A stretch of DNA of 63,431 nt, the filler included, from Craspedostauros australis (lineage: Eukaryota), in NCBI GenBank assembly GCA_030167865.1. It is 15 parts of 15 records of this genome, joined end to end, with 100 filler letters (N's around TTAATTAATTAA, not from the genome) between each part and the next. Parts side by side here need not be neighbours in the genome. Positions count along the whole stretch, not along the records: positions 9,918 to 12,107 come from JALAGF010001666.1; positions 12,208 to 13,922 come from JALAGF010001667.1; positions 14,023 to 44,527 come from JALAGF010001668.1; 12 more parts are not named here. One strand, written 5' to 3'. Below are positions 11,176 through 21,641 of the stretch, in pieces. The position numbers and the translations under genes are program-made. The notes below the pieces were generated by a model. That model did no database searches. It saw nothing but the letters and a program-made list of their open reading frames with translations, and was not told the origin of the DNA. How positions within the stretch are numbered: the stretch's first letter is position 1; every line of letters begins with the position of its first letter.

Positions 11176-11746
11176 ACAATGAACCAACATTATCACGTGA
11201 AACAGCGTACCTACCACCAATTGAGTTGCACAAGAGTGCAATAATGATGCTTCAACACGGTTTTCACACAGATCAGTCTACGTTGATGGAATCTAGATGT
11301 ACCACTATAGGGGGCTACTTCCAGTTTTGTTAAACCCTAACCGTAATCCTTGTAATCTCCTCATAAGGAATCAACCAACACATTTTTAGTTATGTCCTAG
11401 TTGAAGTTTTATGGATCTATCTATGCAAACATATCAGACAGGTGGTCCAACAGCACAAAATTCGTTGTTTTTTGCCGAAGGTTCAATGTTCTTGGGAATC
11501 TGTCCTGAGATACCCAGTCACGACAAGTTATTACACGCGTGAAACCCAAATTGAGGTGTAGAGTACATGGCCATGTGAAATAAGAGCTCCAAACCGCATC
11601 CCATGTAACGCTAAGGAGTGGCTGGCTCGCCCGTACCCCCCGAAATATCTCTATCAGGTTATTTTGTACCCCGGGACTCCTTAAAGTTACAATCGACAAC
11701 TCTCTATTATTTGAGCAAACAACAACCGAAATCACAGAATAAAGCA

Positions 11747-12107
11747 TGTTGGAAATCCGGGGTTATAGATATAGTCTAATGCTTATTAAACTGTACCGTT
11801 TTAGAACTGTGAGAACAACACACTCATTTCTCAAATCGTCAACTCGTTTGCCCATGATGATGCTGATGGCCTCCTGTAGTTGCCCCTCATGATCATCATT
11901 GCAATCTCTCTCCGTCATGTCCATTTCATTGCTCATGACAAGTGCATTTCATCATGCTCAGCTGTTGAGCGATCGGTCTACACTCCTGAGGCGCATGCAT
12001 GCCGATGCTCGATTCACTCTCTCCTCATCAGACATCCGTCACTCATTCAGTGCACTCTTCCGTGTTGTTCACTCACTCTTCTCACATGTCCATCAACATT
12101 CACACTT
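11747..12107 (-). mobile_element. LTR (U5 end at 11747) of the same family as the LTR at 61408
   Basis: TGTTGGAAATCCGGGGTTATAG (22/22) and CTGTACCGTTTTAGAACTGTGAG (23/23) are identical to the sequence from 61408 onward. The distal boundary is uncertain. Confidence 0.7.
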
Positions 12108-12688
12108 NNNNNNNNNNNNNNNNNNNNNNNNNNNNNNNNNNNNNNNNNNNNTTAATTAATTAANNNNNNNNNNNNNNNNNNNNNNNNNNNNNNNNNNNNN
12201 NNNNNNNAAGCATATTCGACATCGCAATCACTCTCTATCGCTCCATGCACCCCTCATTCGGAATGCTAGTTTCATCATCACTAGCATCTCAAAAAAATAT
12301 CATCATCACGACAAGGACGACTCAACATTGCTGCAAATGAAGAGAAATGATTGGTCGTTGGTTTCGTTCCAACACGTGGAAGGTTGGATTGCCGGGACTG
12401 CAATGTGAAACTCAATTNTGTTTTTGGCTCCTAAAACGCAATCGAGTTTCACTTTCCGAGGGGGAAGTTCGCATGTTGCCCCTCTAAAAATGTCATTATC
12501 AGGTTATTTTGTACCGTGGGACTCGCAATGTGAAATGCGATATCCCCCTAATCAAGAACATACTCACACCCACCAAACCAAGTCTCCTTGGACAGTGTAA
12601 GAGTACCCTCCGCGTAAGAGCTACTCCTGAAGCAGTCACCCTCATCACCCACTGAAGCGACGCACAAGCGGTGGTCTCAGAAGCAATC

Positions 12689-13922
12689 ATGTCCACTCAA
12701 TCGCAGAAGAAAGGAGGTTTGAAGCCATCATCGCACACGCCATGGATCGAGAAGTACAGACCGCAGAAGCTGGAGGGAATCGTCGGCAATGAGGAGACCC
12801 TGGTGCGATTGCAGGCGATCGCGGATGACGGAAACATGCCGAACCTCATTCTGTCTGGTCCTCCCGGAACTGGAAAGACGACGAGCGTGCATGCATTGGC
12901 GCGTGAGCTGCTGGGTGACAGCTACAAGACTGCGGTGCTGGAGCTGAACGCCTCCGATTCGAGAGGCATTGATGTGGTGCGCAACAACATCAAGTCGTTC
13001 GCCATGAACAAGGTCACGTTGCCACCAAGGAGGCACAAGATCGTGATCCTGGATGAGGCGGACAGCATGACAACTGCAGCGCAGCAGGCGTTGCGACGCA
13101 CGATGGAGATCTACTCGAATTCGACGCGGTTCTGCTTGGCGTGCAATGTGAGCACGAAGATCATCGAGGCCATCCAGTCCAGAGCTGCGATTCTGCGGTA
13201 CTCTCGGCTGGGCCAGGATCAGATCAAGGCCAATCTTCTGCGGGTATGCAAGGTGGAAGATATCAATTACACTGACGATGGTGAGTAGTTGTCTACTTGT
13301 GTGGCATTGTGCATTTTGTGAAGTGGTTTGGTTGAGACTGATGGTGTGTTTGGGTGTTTCACTTAGCATTGCGTTTGATTGCACTGAGAGCAGCGTTGAC
13401 TTCATCATCCACGGATTCTCACTCCTCTCTATCGGATGCTTTCCTTCGATGGCCTTGGATGGGTGGATACCGGAATACATACTCCACAGGACTCGATGCC
13501 ATCCTCTTCACTGCCGAAGGTGACATGCGGCACGCGCTGAACAACCTGCAGGCCTCGCATTCGCTGGCGAAGTTCACGAAGGATGGATCAGGGGTTGTGG
13601 ATCAGAAGACGGTATTCCAGGTCTGCGATCAGCCGCATCCCAACATCGTGCGCAGCGTGATCGATTTCGCCCACAAAAACGACATAGACAATGCAATTGA
13701 GAATCTCCGGATGCTTTACGATCAGGGATATTCATCATCCGATTTGATCGGGACGTTGTTCAAGGTGACGAAGGCCCACGCGACGATGCCAGAGGGTACC
13801 AAGTTGGAGTTCCTGCGCGAGATAGGGTTCACGCACATGCGCATTTCCAACGGTGTGGACAGTCTGCTACAGTTGCTGGGGTTGGTGTCGCGGCTGTGTC
13901 AGGTGATGGAGAAGGAGCAGAA
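12689..13922 (+). CDS. RFC2: Replication factor C small subunit 2 (yeast Rfc4 ortholog); exons 12689-13280 and 13490->13922, stop lost at contig end
   Basis: [56 protein letters not shown] and IQSR. A phase-1 intron GTGAGT...CACAG (13281-13489) restores [25 protein letters not shown]. Confidence 0.95.
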
Positions 13923-14153
13923 NNNNNNNNNNNNNNNNNNNNNNNNNNNNNNNNNNNNNNNNNNNNTTAATTAATTAANNNNNNNNNNNNNNNNNNNNNN
14001 NNNNNNNNNNNNNNNNNNNNNNGATCAACACACAGCAAGTTTGACAACATCATCAGATAGATCTCACTCTTGGCTTTCGATTGATACCATTATTATACAT
14101 TGTTGTTGGTGATAAGGGTTGGTTGTTTTTATCCGGGAAATTTGTAGCCCCAT

Positions 14154-15560
14154 GTGGCCCATTGTAGCCCCTTTGAGCCCCTTTTCGGCAAAAAAGCGGA
14201 TAGGCACTACGTCGTGTCGCGGTACTACAACTGGCTGCCGACATCGTCTGTGTCTGCATCTGTGAGCATCGATCGTTTCGTTGACAACTTCTTATCGTCG
14301 CTGCTGAACTATCTGGACAAACAGCACAGCGAACAGTATTCCGCAACGCAGCAGCTCGTCATCACGGTGGAAAGCAACAAGGTGAATCCCCAAACAACCG
14401 TCGCCGACCACCGCGAAATCACGTTGACTGGCACCGACGCCTTCCAGGCGTTGGATTTGCAAGCCTCCATGAAGACTGTGCTGCAAAATTACATGAAGTA
14501 CAATGAAGTTGCGCAAGACAATGTTCACCAGAGGTATCCAGAATTGGTGGATGATACGTTGCTCAAGATCACCAACGAAGAGTACGTCAAGGTGTTCGAA
14601 GATCGATTCATTCCCATCATCCGGGTAGCCGTCGATGAGTGGTACAAGAAGATCAAGGACGGCGGCGGTGGCGGCAGCAATACTGGCAACGATGATTTGG
14701 AGCAGCACCACAGCTCGCTCTTGGAGTCGTTGAACGAGCACTCCTCAATGGACAAGTGCCTGCGGCAGCGACACCTCGACGATATGCTGATCACGGATTC
14801 GTGCCGTCATGCGATGGATTTGGGTGCGGAACGGTTGGATGAGATCATTGACGAATCGGACCGCGAATACGCTTTGAAGCAGAGGAGGGCGTCGCGGTAC
14901 CACAGACCCTCGGGGCAGGTCCTGCTGGTGTTCAATGCGACGCTCATTGTGTTCCTGCTGATGAAACTGTGGCTGGGTGCACGCGCAACAGGCAGCGTCG
15001 CCGTGAAGGAGCGGCATCACCTGCTCAATCCATCTGCAGATACCCACAGCAGTACCCACCGTGACGAGGAAGGCGAGACGAACCCATGTGTCCAAGGTAC
15101 GAATGCTTCACGCGTTCAGGCAACTCAGTTTTATCTCGTCGCACAGTGGATAGCCTCTCTGCTGATCGGATCGTTCGCGCTCGCCGCGATGCAGTCCTGG
15201 AGCACCACCCACCTCTTTCATTTCGCGATCGACTCCAGCATCCTGTGCGCAACGGCGCTGCTCGTCACATCCATCGTCGGCATCCTGCAGGCACGTGAAG
15301 ACGACGGCGGTCACATGCTGACAGGGGCGTTGGATGAATTGCACGGACCTGGGAATACGAATGGATTTATCCTCGCGGAGCTGGTGCCGGGGTCCGGCCG
15401 CATACTGCCGGTGCTGACGAGGTCATCCGCTTCCCCCAACACATCCGGGCCATCGGGCCAGAAATCAACGCCATGGCCAATGTTCGAGTACGAGCTTTGC
15501 GAGTTTTCCGAAGCAAAGGAAGATGAAGATGTTGGCGATGGTGCGAACAGCGACGCTTGA
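14154..15560 (+). CDS. Hypothetical membrane protein (about 3 hydrophobic segments); 5' end uncertain
   Basis: 468-codon open frame with coding-like composition. TM-like stretches: VLLVFNATLIVFLLMKLWL, FYLVAQWIASLLIGSFALAAM and ILCATALLVTSIVGIL. The ORF-track start is not ATG. Confidence 0.6.
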   Translation: MAHCSPFEPLFGKKADRHYVVSRYYNWLPTSSVSASVSIDRFVDNFLSSLLNYLDKQHSEQYSATQQLVITVESNKVNPQTTVADHREITLTGTDAFQALDLQASMKTVLQNYMKYNEVAQDNVHQRYPELVDDTLLKITNEEYVKVFEDRFIPIIRVAVDEWYKKIKDGGGGGSNTGNDDLEQHHSSLLESLNEHSSMDKCLRQRHLDDMLITDSCRHAMDLGAERLDEIIDESDREYALKQRRASRYHRPSGQVLLVFNATLIVFLLMKLWLGARATGSVAVKERHHLLNPSADTHSSTHRDEEGETNPCVQGTNASRVQATQFYLVAQWIASLLIGSFALAAMQSWSTTHLFHFAIDSSILCATALLVTSIVGILQAREDDGGHMLTGALDELHGPGNTNGFILAELVPGSGRILPVLTRSSASPNTSGPSGQKSTPWPMFEYELCEFSEAKEDEDVGDGANSDA

Positions 15561-18368
15561 GGAGCTGCGGCGAGCTAGACCTCGTTCGTATGGTACGTGT
15601 ACGGGTGCCTGGTGTGCTCCTTCTGCTCTGTCTCCATTTTCTCTCCACGATGGCAATACCTCAGTGCAGAATCGTGTGTAGTGTACAGTAGATGGCATTT
15701 CTCAACTGTATTTGTACAACATATAATATAATATCATATTCTATTACCACGAACATGGTAACCAGCACAAAGAGTAAGAAGTACCACACCATGTTGTACT
15801 TTGACATTGCCTCCATGGAATGCCTCGGCCCTCAACATGCATCGCGACCTGCCGGCTGTCCTGTGAGCACTGCTCATGATTGAGAATGAAAGCGGGAGGA
15901 AGGATTCTGCTCCTCGCCACGTATTATAGCTGCTCACCGAACATCATCCTTGTGGCTTGTCTGGTTGGCATGCCAAGACGTGTTGGGCCGACGATATCTC
16001 CCATAGAATACATATATGTATTGCTAGGACTGGCACCAGGTACGACTACTCATGTCATGCATTCGCCTACCGGCACGTCGATGGACTAGCCCGCAGCACG
16101 AGCGTATCCTTCCAACCTAGAGAGGAGCCACGAGGGAAACGGTGGCACTGTGATGATGGGATGCACACGGCATGGAGCTGCCCTCCAGATGCGTCCTTGG
16201 CATGGTAGTTCGCACGGTTGCGTGTAGCTCGTACGAGTATGTCTGCTGTGTTTGCACACGGCATGTCTGAGTTTCTGTCGGTTTCCATTGTCAATCTCAT
16301 TCGTTGGTTCATTCTGTCATTGCGGCGTCGAAGAGAGGGGCTTGTGGTTTGGATATCATCACAAGACAACGGAGTTGCACGCTATCGCTTGTGAATCTTG
16401 AGTCGATCGTGTTGCAGGGCACACAATCGTATTGGCACAGTGTGAGTTGCAAGCTGCGAGCGAATCGCAGGCATGCCGTGGCCATGCAGGCAAGGCAAGA
16501 CTGCAGTTTCTCCCCTCATCATCTTGCGACGACCGGCAGAGGCCGGTATCGATGGAGACTGGAGTACCTTGCGAACGACCAAGTCTCACATCGCACTTTC
16601 GCTTGAGGAGTGAAGCCGTCAGGCTACCGTATCCTGTCGCAGCGGAGCACAAGGGGCCCACGAAGATGCTCTGCCGCTGCGCGCACATTGGCTGTCGATG
16701 GAAGCGAAATGCGATGGTGATTGCAAAGTTGGTGCAGCTCAAGGAAAGCGTCCGACTGGCATTCGAATCAGCGCATTACCGAAATGGCTTTTGTCAAGGA
16801 GAGACGAGGGTGGTTGAACTCCCACACGCGAAAGTTTCCGCCCAATCCTTCGTTCCGCAAACCATGAGCCGTCGTCCTCTGTTTCCATTCTTTTGTATCG
16901 CTCTGTTTGTTGGCGTACGATCGACGAACTGCGCTGGAAGCGTCGCCCATGATCAGCGTGCCATGTCATGCCATTTCATGTCATGGCCATGCGCGAGTTG
17001 CGATCTATCTTTGTGTTGATTCTTGTGTCGTTGGTGTTGGGAAGTATGTGTCATGATGTCCCTCCATCCTCGGCGCTCTGTCATGAGGGGTGACTTGCAG
17101 AGCGCTTTCCTCCTTTCTGGCCTCGTGCACATTGCAGCCCCATCAATGGGGTTCTTTGCGTCGCTCTTCCTTGGAACAGGGGCGTCGACAGATATTGTTG
17201 GATGGAGATTTAGCCTCTCGTTTCTCTGTTTGTTGGGCTTTTCACATCTTGGTGCATCTCTGCGATGGTGAGACTCCTAAAATACGTCGACTCAGTCCAT
17301 GCACTCGGACGGATAGTCCCACGGATACTACTAGTCGGACGGATACAAATAGTAGTACTGATGCCAAGAACATATGATCTACCGGCTGTCATCCATCGTT
17401 GGCTGTTTTACTCTGGTGACGGAGAAATGACGATGGAATAACAATGGATGGATGGATGGATGGATGAGAGCAAGAAAGGCAAAGAACAAGGATGGAGGAG
17501 GCATGGGAGTGGAGAAAGACGCGCGCCATCTCTTGGCCATTGGTTTTTGAGGTGACAAGAGGAGTTGTGTTGTTCCAAACACTTACCCTGTAATACGCCC
17601 GCACGGAGTCTCTCTGCGTTGGCCGCTCTTGTGCGCGTCCGTCATGGGTGATCGTTCGGAACATGACAACGCCACGAACCCTTTTCATCCATTTGTCATT
17701 GTTCTGCGCTTTGCGTCCAGACTATTTGCGAGCGCAATTCGGCTTACCGAGTCGTTATCTGCGGAGAGTATCCCCCGTTCGCGGCTTCACTAAGACTGAC
17801 GTCCACCATCGCTACTCGCATGACCATCGCATGGGCTATGTGTGGTATCGTGGTATACGCCCGCTCTGGTTTGGAGAATTCAAGTTGGCCCAATGTCAAC
17901 GACCCTCATCATTGTCCCCCTGTTGCAGCTGGCATTGTTGCAATGGTGTGGCTTGTACGTGGTTGTTTGAAGCGAAGATTGTTACTCGCACATGATCGCG
18001 AGGTGGTGCGCTGAGGGGACCAAACGAGGAGATCAGTCCTGGATACGAGGATATTTGTTGAGTACAATGGTGTGGTGGTACTGGTGTGAGCAGGGCTCGT
18101 AAGAACAACGGCAACGATAACGACGATGAACCCTTGACCCACGGCCTCCCGGTATGATAACCAGCGAGGGGGGAAGAGCGATCGTGGCAAAAGCTGGACA
18201 GAGTTGACTCAAGCAATGGCTTTGGCTGAAGCCACCAGTTCATCTTCGATCAACACCCCCTCCCCGAGATTCGGCATCGTGGCTACTCTAAGCAAAGCAT
18301 AATCTAACATGTACAATGAGAGAGGCCACATCCTGGTTGTGCACAAGTGGAAGTTGATCGCTTTCCCG

Positions 18369-18382
18369 TCTCTCTCTCTCTT

Positions 18383-18431
<49 letters not shown>
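18369..18431 (+). repeat. Compound microsatellite (TC)n + (TAGA)~12
   Basis: Directly visible in the sequence. Confidence 0.95.
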
Positions 18432-20129
18432 GGAGAGCTGTTGTTCTTGGTGACGATCCTGGATCTTCTTCGTTGGATCTCTGTCGTCCTTGCCATCGCA
18501 TCTTGCCATCGCGTCTCACCGGTGCAATTGGGAGTGTGTGGTGGGAACAGATGAACGACTTTATCTGCACCAGCGGAGAATCCTGGAACCTTCTCTCCTC
18601 GGTCGCTGCTCTCTTCCCCAGACATCTGTCCGCGACACATCCGAACCCAGGAGCACGGCAGAACGACGCCAAACACACCAACATCAACACCAGTGCCAGA
18701 TAGCGTGAGCGAGCATACGTTGGCAAGATCGAATCGAAATGATTGTTCTGGCAACGCCGATACCGTTGGTGACCTCTTTGACGATCACAGTGTCGGCGTT
18801 AAGTTGCGGAGCGGTAGGGCGCGATGCGCCATTTGGCCATCGCAGTTGGAGTAGGTAGAGTCGTAGGAGACGCAACCTGGAAACAAATGGAGTACTGCTT
18901 CGTGTACCTGGAGAATGCTCTGCTCAAAAAGGTCTGGTTCAACAATCAGCCAGTACTCGGAATGCCGCCACCATTGTGGGTGTTCTTTTTTGCTAGGTTG
19001 TTGAGGCTCTTCCGCCAGCTGGGTGGGTCACAAAATCGCCTCGTCACCCTTTTTCGCTTGTCGTACACAAGTATTCTACTCGTGTGCACAGTGCCATGGC
19101 CGTGCTAACAGCTCGTCCTGCTGTGTGTGGTGTGATGAGAGAGTTGAACACAAGGATGCGAGCCATAAAAATATCAGTGCAGTTCCACTGTGTCCACAAA
19201 TTCGTGTCACGCAACACGCTGCGTTCGCTGTGTGTTCACAAAGCGACTAAATCTGTCCCTTGCCAGACTCTTTGGACCGGTTATGGACGGAATACGACCA
19301 AATCATCGTTCGGCGCCTCTACTTAACGATGGGACTTTCAATTAACAAACTTCTGCACTTATGGTCCAATACCATTTTTGAGGCTGAAGAGATTAACGTA
19401 CACTCACGCACGCGGATTCCGCAGCCCACATCGCACTTACCACAATCCCCACAGTCCGTGCTACCGAGGTGTGGGCACATTGCATGCTCTACGTGTATTG
19501 TACGAGGTTTCGTACTGGCAATTCCTCACCCTTGAGTGGAACTATCACGAAGGTCTGCGCTGTTGTACTCGTACCCACAGTAGGTAGCACGAGGCAGAGG
19601 TTGCGCGTGGTAGCAGCTTAGCGCTGTGTGGCTGTGTGGCATCGCGCTGTCCTGCTACTGCGTGCTTTCCCCTTGTGCTACCTTCCGAGGCGCTTTGAGC
19701 CCAACCGTGGTTTCCCGTTGTCGCTCGTCCCCCACCGGTTGTTGTTTGCTGTTGTTGTTTGCGACTGTTATCGCGTGCTTTGTGGTTGGATCATGACGCG
19801 TGTGGAGGGCATAACACAAGACACACACAACAAGACAACACACGACACAACACGGTACAGCGCGATAGAACACGGCAGGGGTACAAAATCGGCCGGCAAC
19901 ATCACATGAAACAAGGCCACGCCGTATCCTTGCAGCGGATCTGCGCCAACGGAGACGAAAATCCCACAATCCTCACAAAAACTTCGAAATCGATGCAACA
20001 GCCGTCTCTCTTCATACTCGTACACACAACAGCCACACAACAGCCACACCACAGCTCGTATCATACTTACCCTCAGCATCCATTGTACAGCAGCATCAAT
20101 CCAAGCACAGCACAGACAACAAGGCAAAC

Positions 20130-21641
20130 ATGATGGCAACACAGATCCAACCGTTCCCGCTGATGCACGAAACTTCGCCGAACCACAGATTTCAGCTGTC
20201 TCAGCAGCCGCAACAACCGCAGGAATCCATGTATCAGCAGCAGCAGCAGCAGCGACAATGTCAGAGTACGGGAACTCCGCTGCATCAGGTCAACGTGGAT
20301 GGGAACAGCTTCGATGTTGACAACCTGTGCGTCCCCAACGACCGTCTCGATCGCCAGCAGCAATGGCAAGGCCAGAGCAGTAGCAACCACAGCAGTAGCA
20401 ACAACCATCACAGGAGCAGCAGCATGAGCATAAGCCAAGACATTGACTTTCTCTACTTCGAACAGCATCTGAGGGACTGCAGCCCAAGCCAGCTCCAGAG
20501 CCTCTGCCATGACGATGAGCAGAACTGGAGGCAGACCTTCCGATCGTACCCGACGATCGACGACCTCCCGGCCTGCATCAACGTCGATGACATCTTTGCC
20601 AAACTCGCGCCAGACAGCAGCTTCAACTTGAACACCAACGCCACATTCAACACCAGCACTAACACATTCAATACCAACAGCAACAACAGCTGCAACAGCT
20701 ACAACAACAGCAAGACGCTTCCAAGACAGACCTCGGGTTCGTCCAATGGAGCGGGCGAGCGCAGAAGGGTCACCATCCGGAGACGCCCTGGCGCTGGCTC
20801 CCGACTCGCCCCTTCCCTCAACAAGCGCACCACCTTCCACAACTCCGTCTGCACCAACAACACCAGCATCACCAATACCACAGGCACTAGCAACAGCACG
20901 AGCAGCGGCATCAATGTCAGCCTTAACACAAGCTCCAGCATGAACAACATCAGCAGCAACAACAACAACAACAGCAACCCAGCTGCTCCTGTCCTGACCC
21001 CCACCTCGTCAACCTCCTCCTCATCCTCCACCAGCAAACCCAACCCCCTGCTCTCCAACCCGCGCCCTGGCGCTGTGTTCGTTCAGCAACGGGATTACGG
21101 CAGGAGCTTCGACAAGCCAAAGAGCTCCGATGACCTCTTCAAATCCAAGGGCGGCCTGGTGAGGTCCACTTCCACCCACAGCCGACAGAGCACAAGCAAC
21201 AACAGCACAAGTAAGGGCCATGGCAACGGTCGCAACGGCATGGACGATGCCAGATCCTGCGTGTCCTCCAACAGCGGACACCACAGCTGCCAGGTGACGG
21301 TGGCCACAGCGCCAGCGGCTCTGCGCAACAAGGACGTCGAACGCACCATGGTAGAGGTCATGCCGGGCGAGTTCGTCCCCCTCCGCGGCAGCATCGAGAC
21401 CTGGGAAGCGGTCATGCGCGGTTCCATCATGAAGACGCGATGCTCCTGCTGTCTCCTCGAGCTCTGCTGCATCCAGGACGCCGATCTCATCATGTGCCCC
21501 GGTTGCCGCATCATCTCCCCCATAGCCAAGACCCGCGGCACTCCCAACAGCCACAGCGGCGGAGGCCTCGGTCTCGGCATGACGGTCCAGGAGGCCAAGC
21601 TAGAGCTGCAGCGCAGAGGACTCAGTTCCACGCAGCTATAA
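20130..21641 (+). CDS. Q/N/S-rich protein with C-terminal Cys-rich Zn-ribbon-like domain, 503 aa
   Basis: ATG...TAA single exon. The C-terminus reads VEVMPGEFVPLRGSIETWEAV...CSCC...CIQDADLIMCPGCRIISP...GGLGLG (two CxxC pairs). Confidence 0.8.
   Translation: MMATQIQPFPLMHETSPNHRFQLSQQPQQPQESMYQQQQQQRQCQSTGTPLHQVNVDGNSFDVDNLCVPNDRLDRQQQWQGQSSSNHSSSNNHHRSSSMSISQDIDFLYFEQHLRDCSPSQLQSLCHDDEQNWRQTFRSYPTIDDLPACINVDDIFAKLAPDSSFNLNTNATFNTSTNTFNTNSNNSCNSYNNSKTLPRQTSGSSNGAGERRRVTIRRRPGAGSRLAPSLNKRTTFHNSVCTNNTSITNTTGTSNSTSSGINVSLNTSSSMNNISSNNNNNSNPAAPVLTPTSSTSSSSSTSKPNPLLSNPRPGAVFVQQRDYGRSFDKPKSSDDLFKSKGGLVRSTSTHSRQSTSNNSTSKGHGNGRNGMDDARSCVSSNSGHHSCQVTVATAPAALRNKDVERTMVEVMPGEFVPLRGSIETWEAVMRGSIMKTRCSCCLLELCCIQDADLIMCPGCRIISPIAKTRGTPNSHSGGGLGLGMTVQEAKLELQRRGLSSTQL

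Noticed and set aside
16432..17019. Segment FESAHYRNGFCQGETRVVELP faintly resembling a BTB domain
   Set aside because: Too short, with a non-ATG start and no supporting flanking motifs or clear exon structure.
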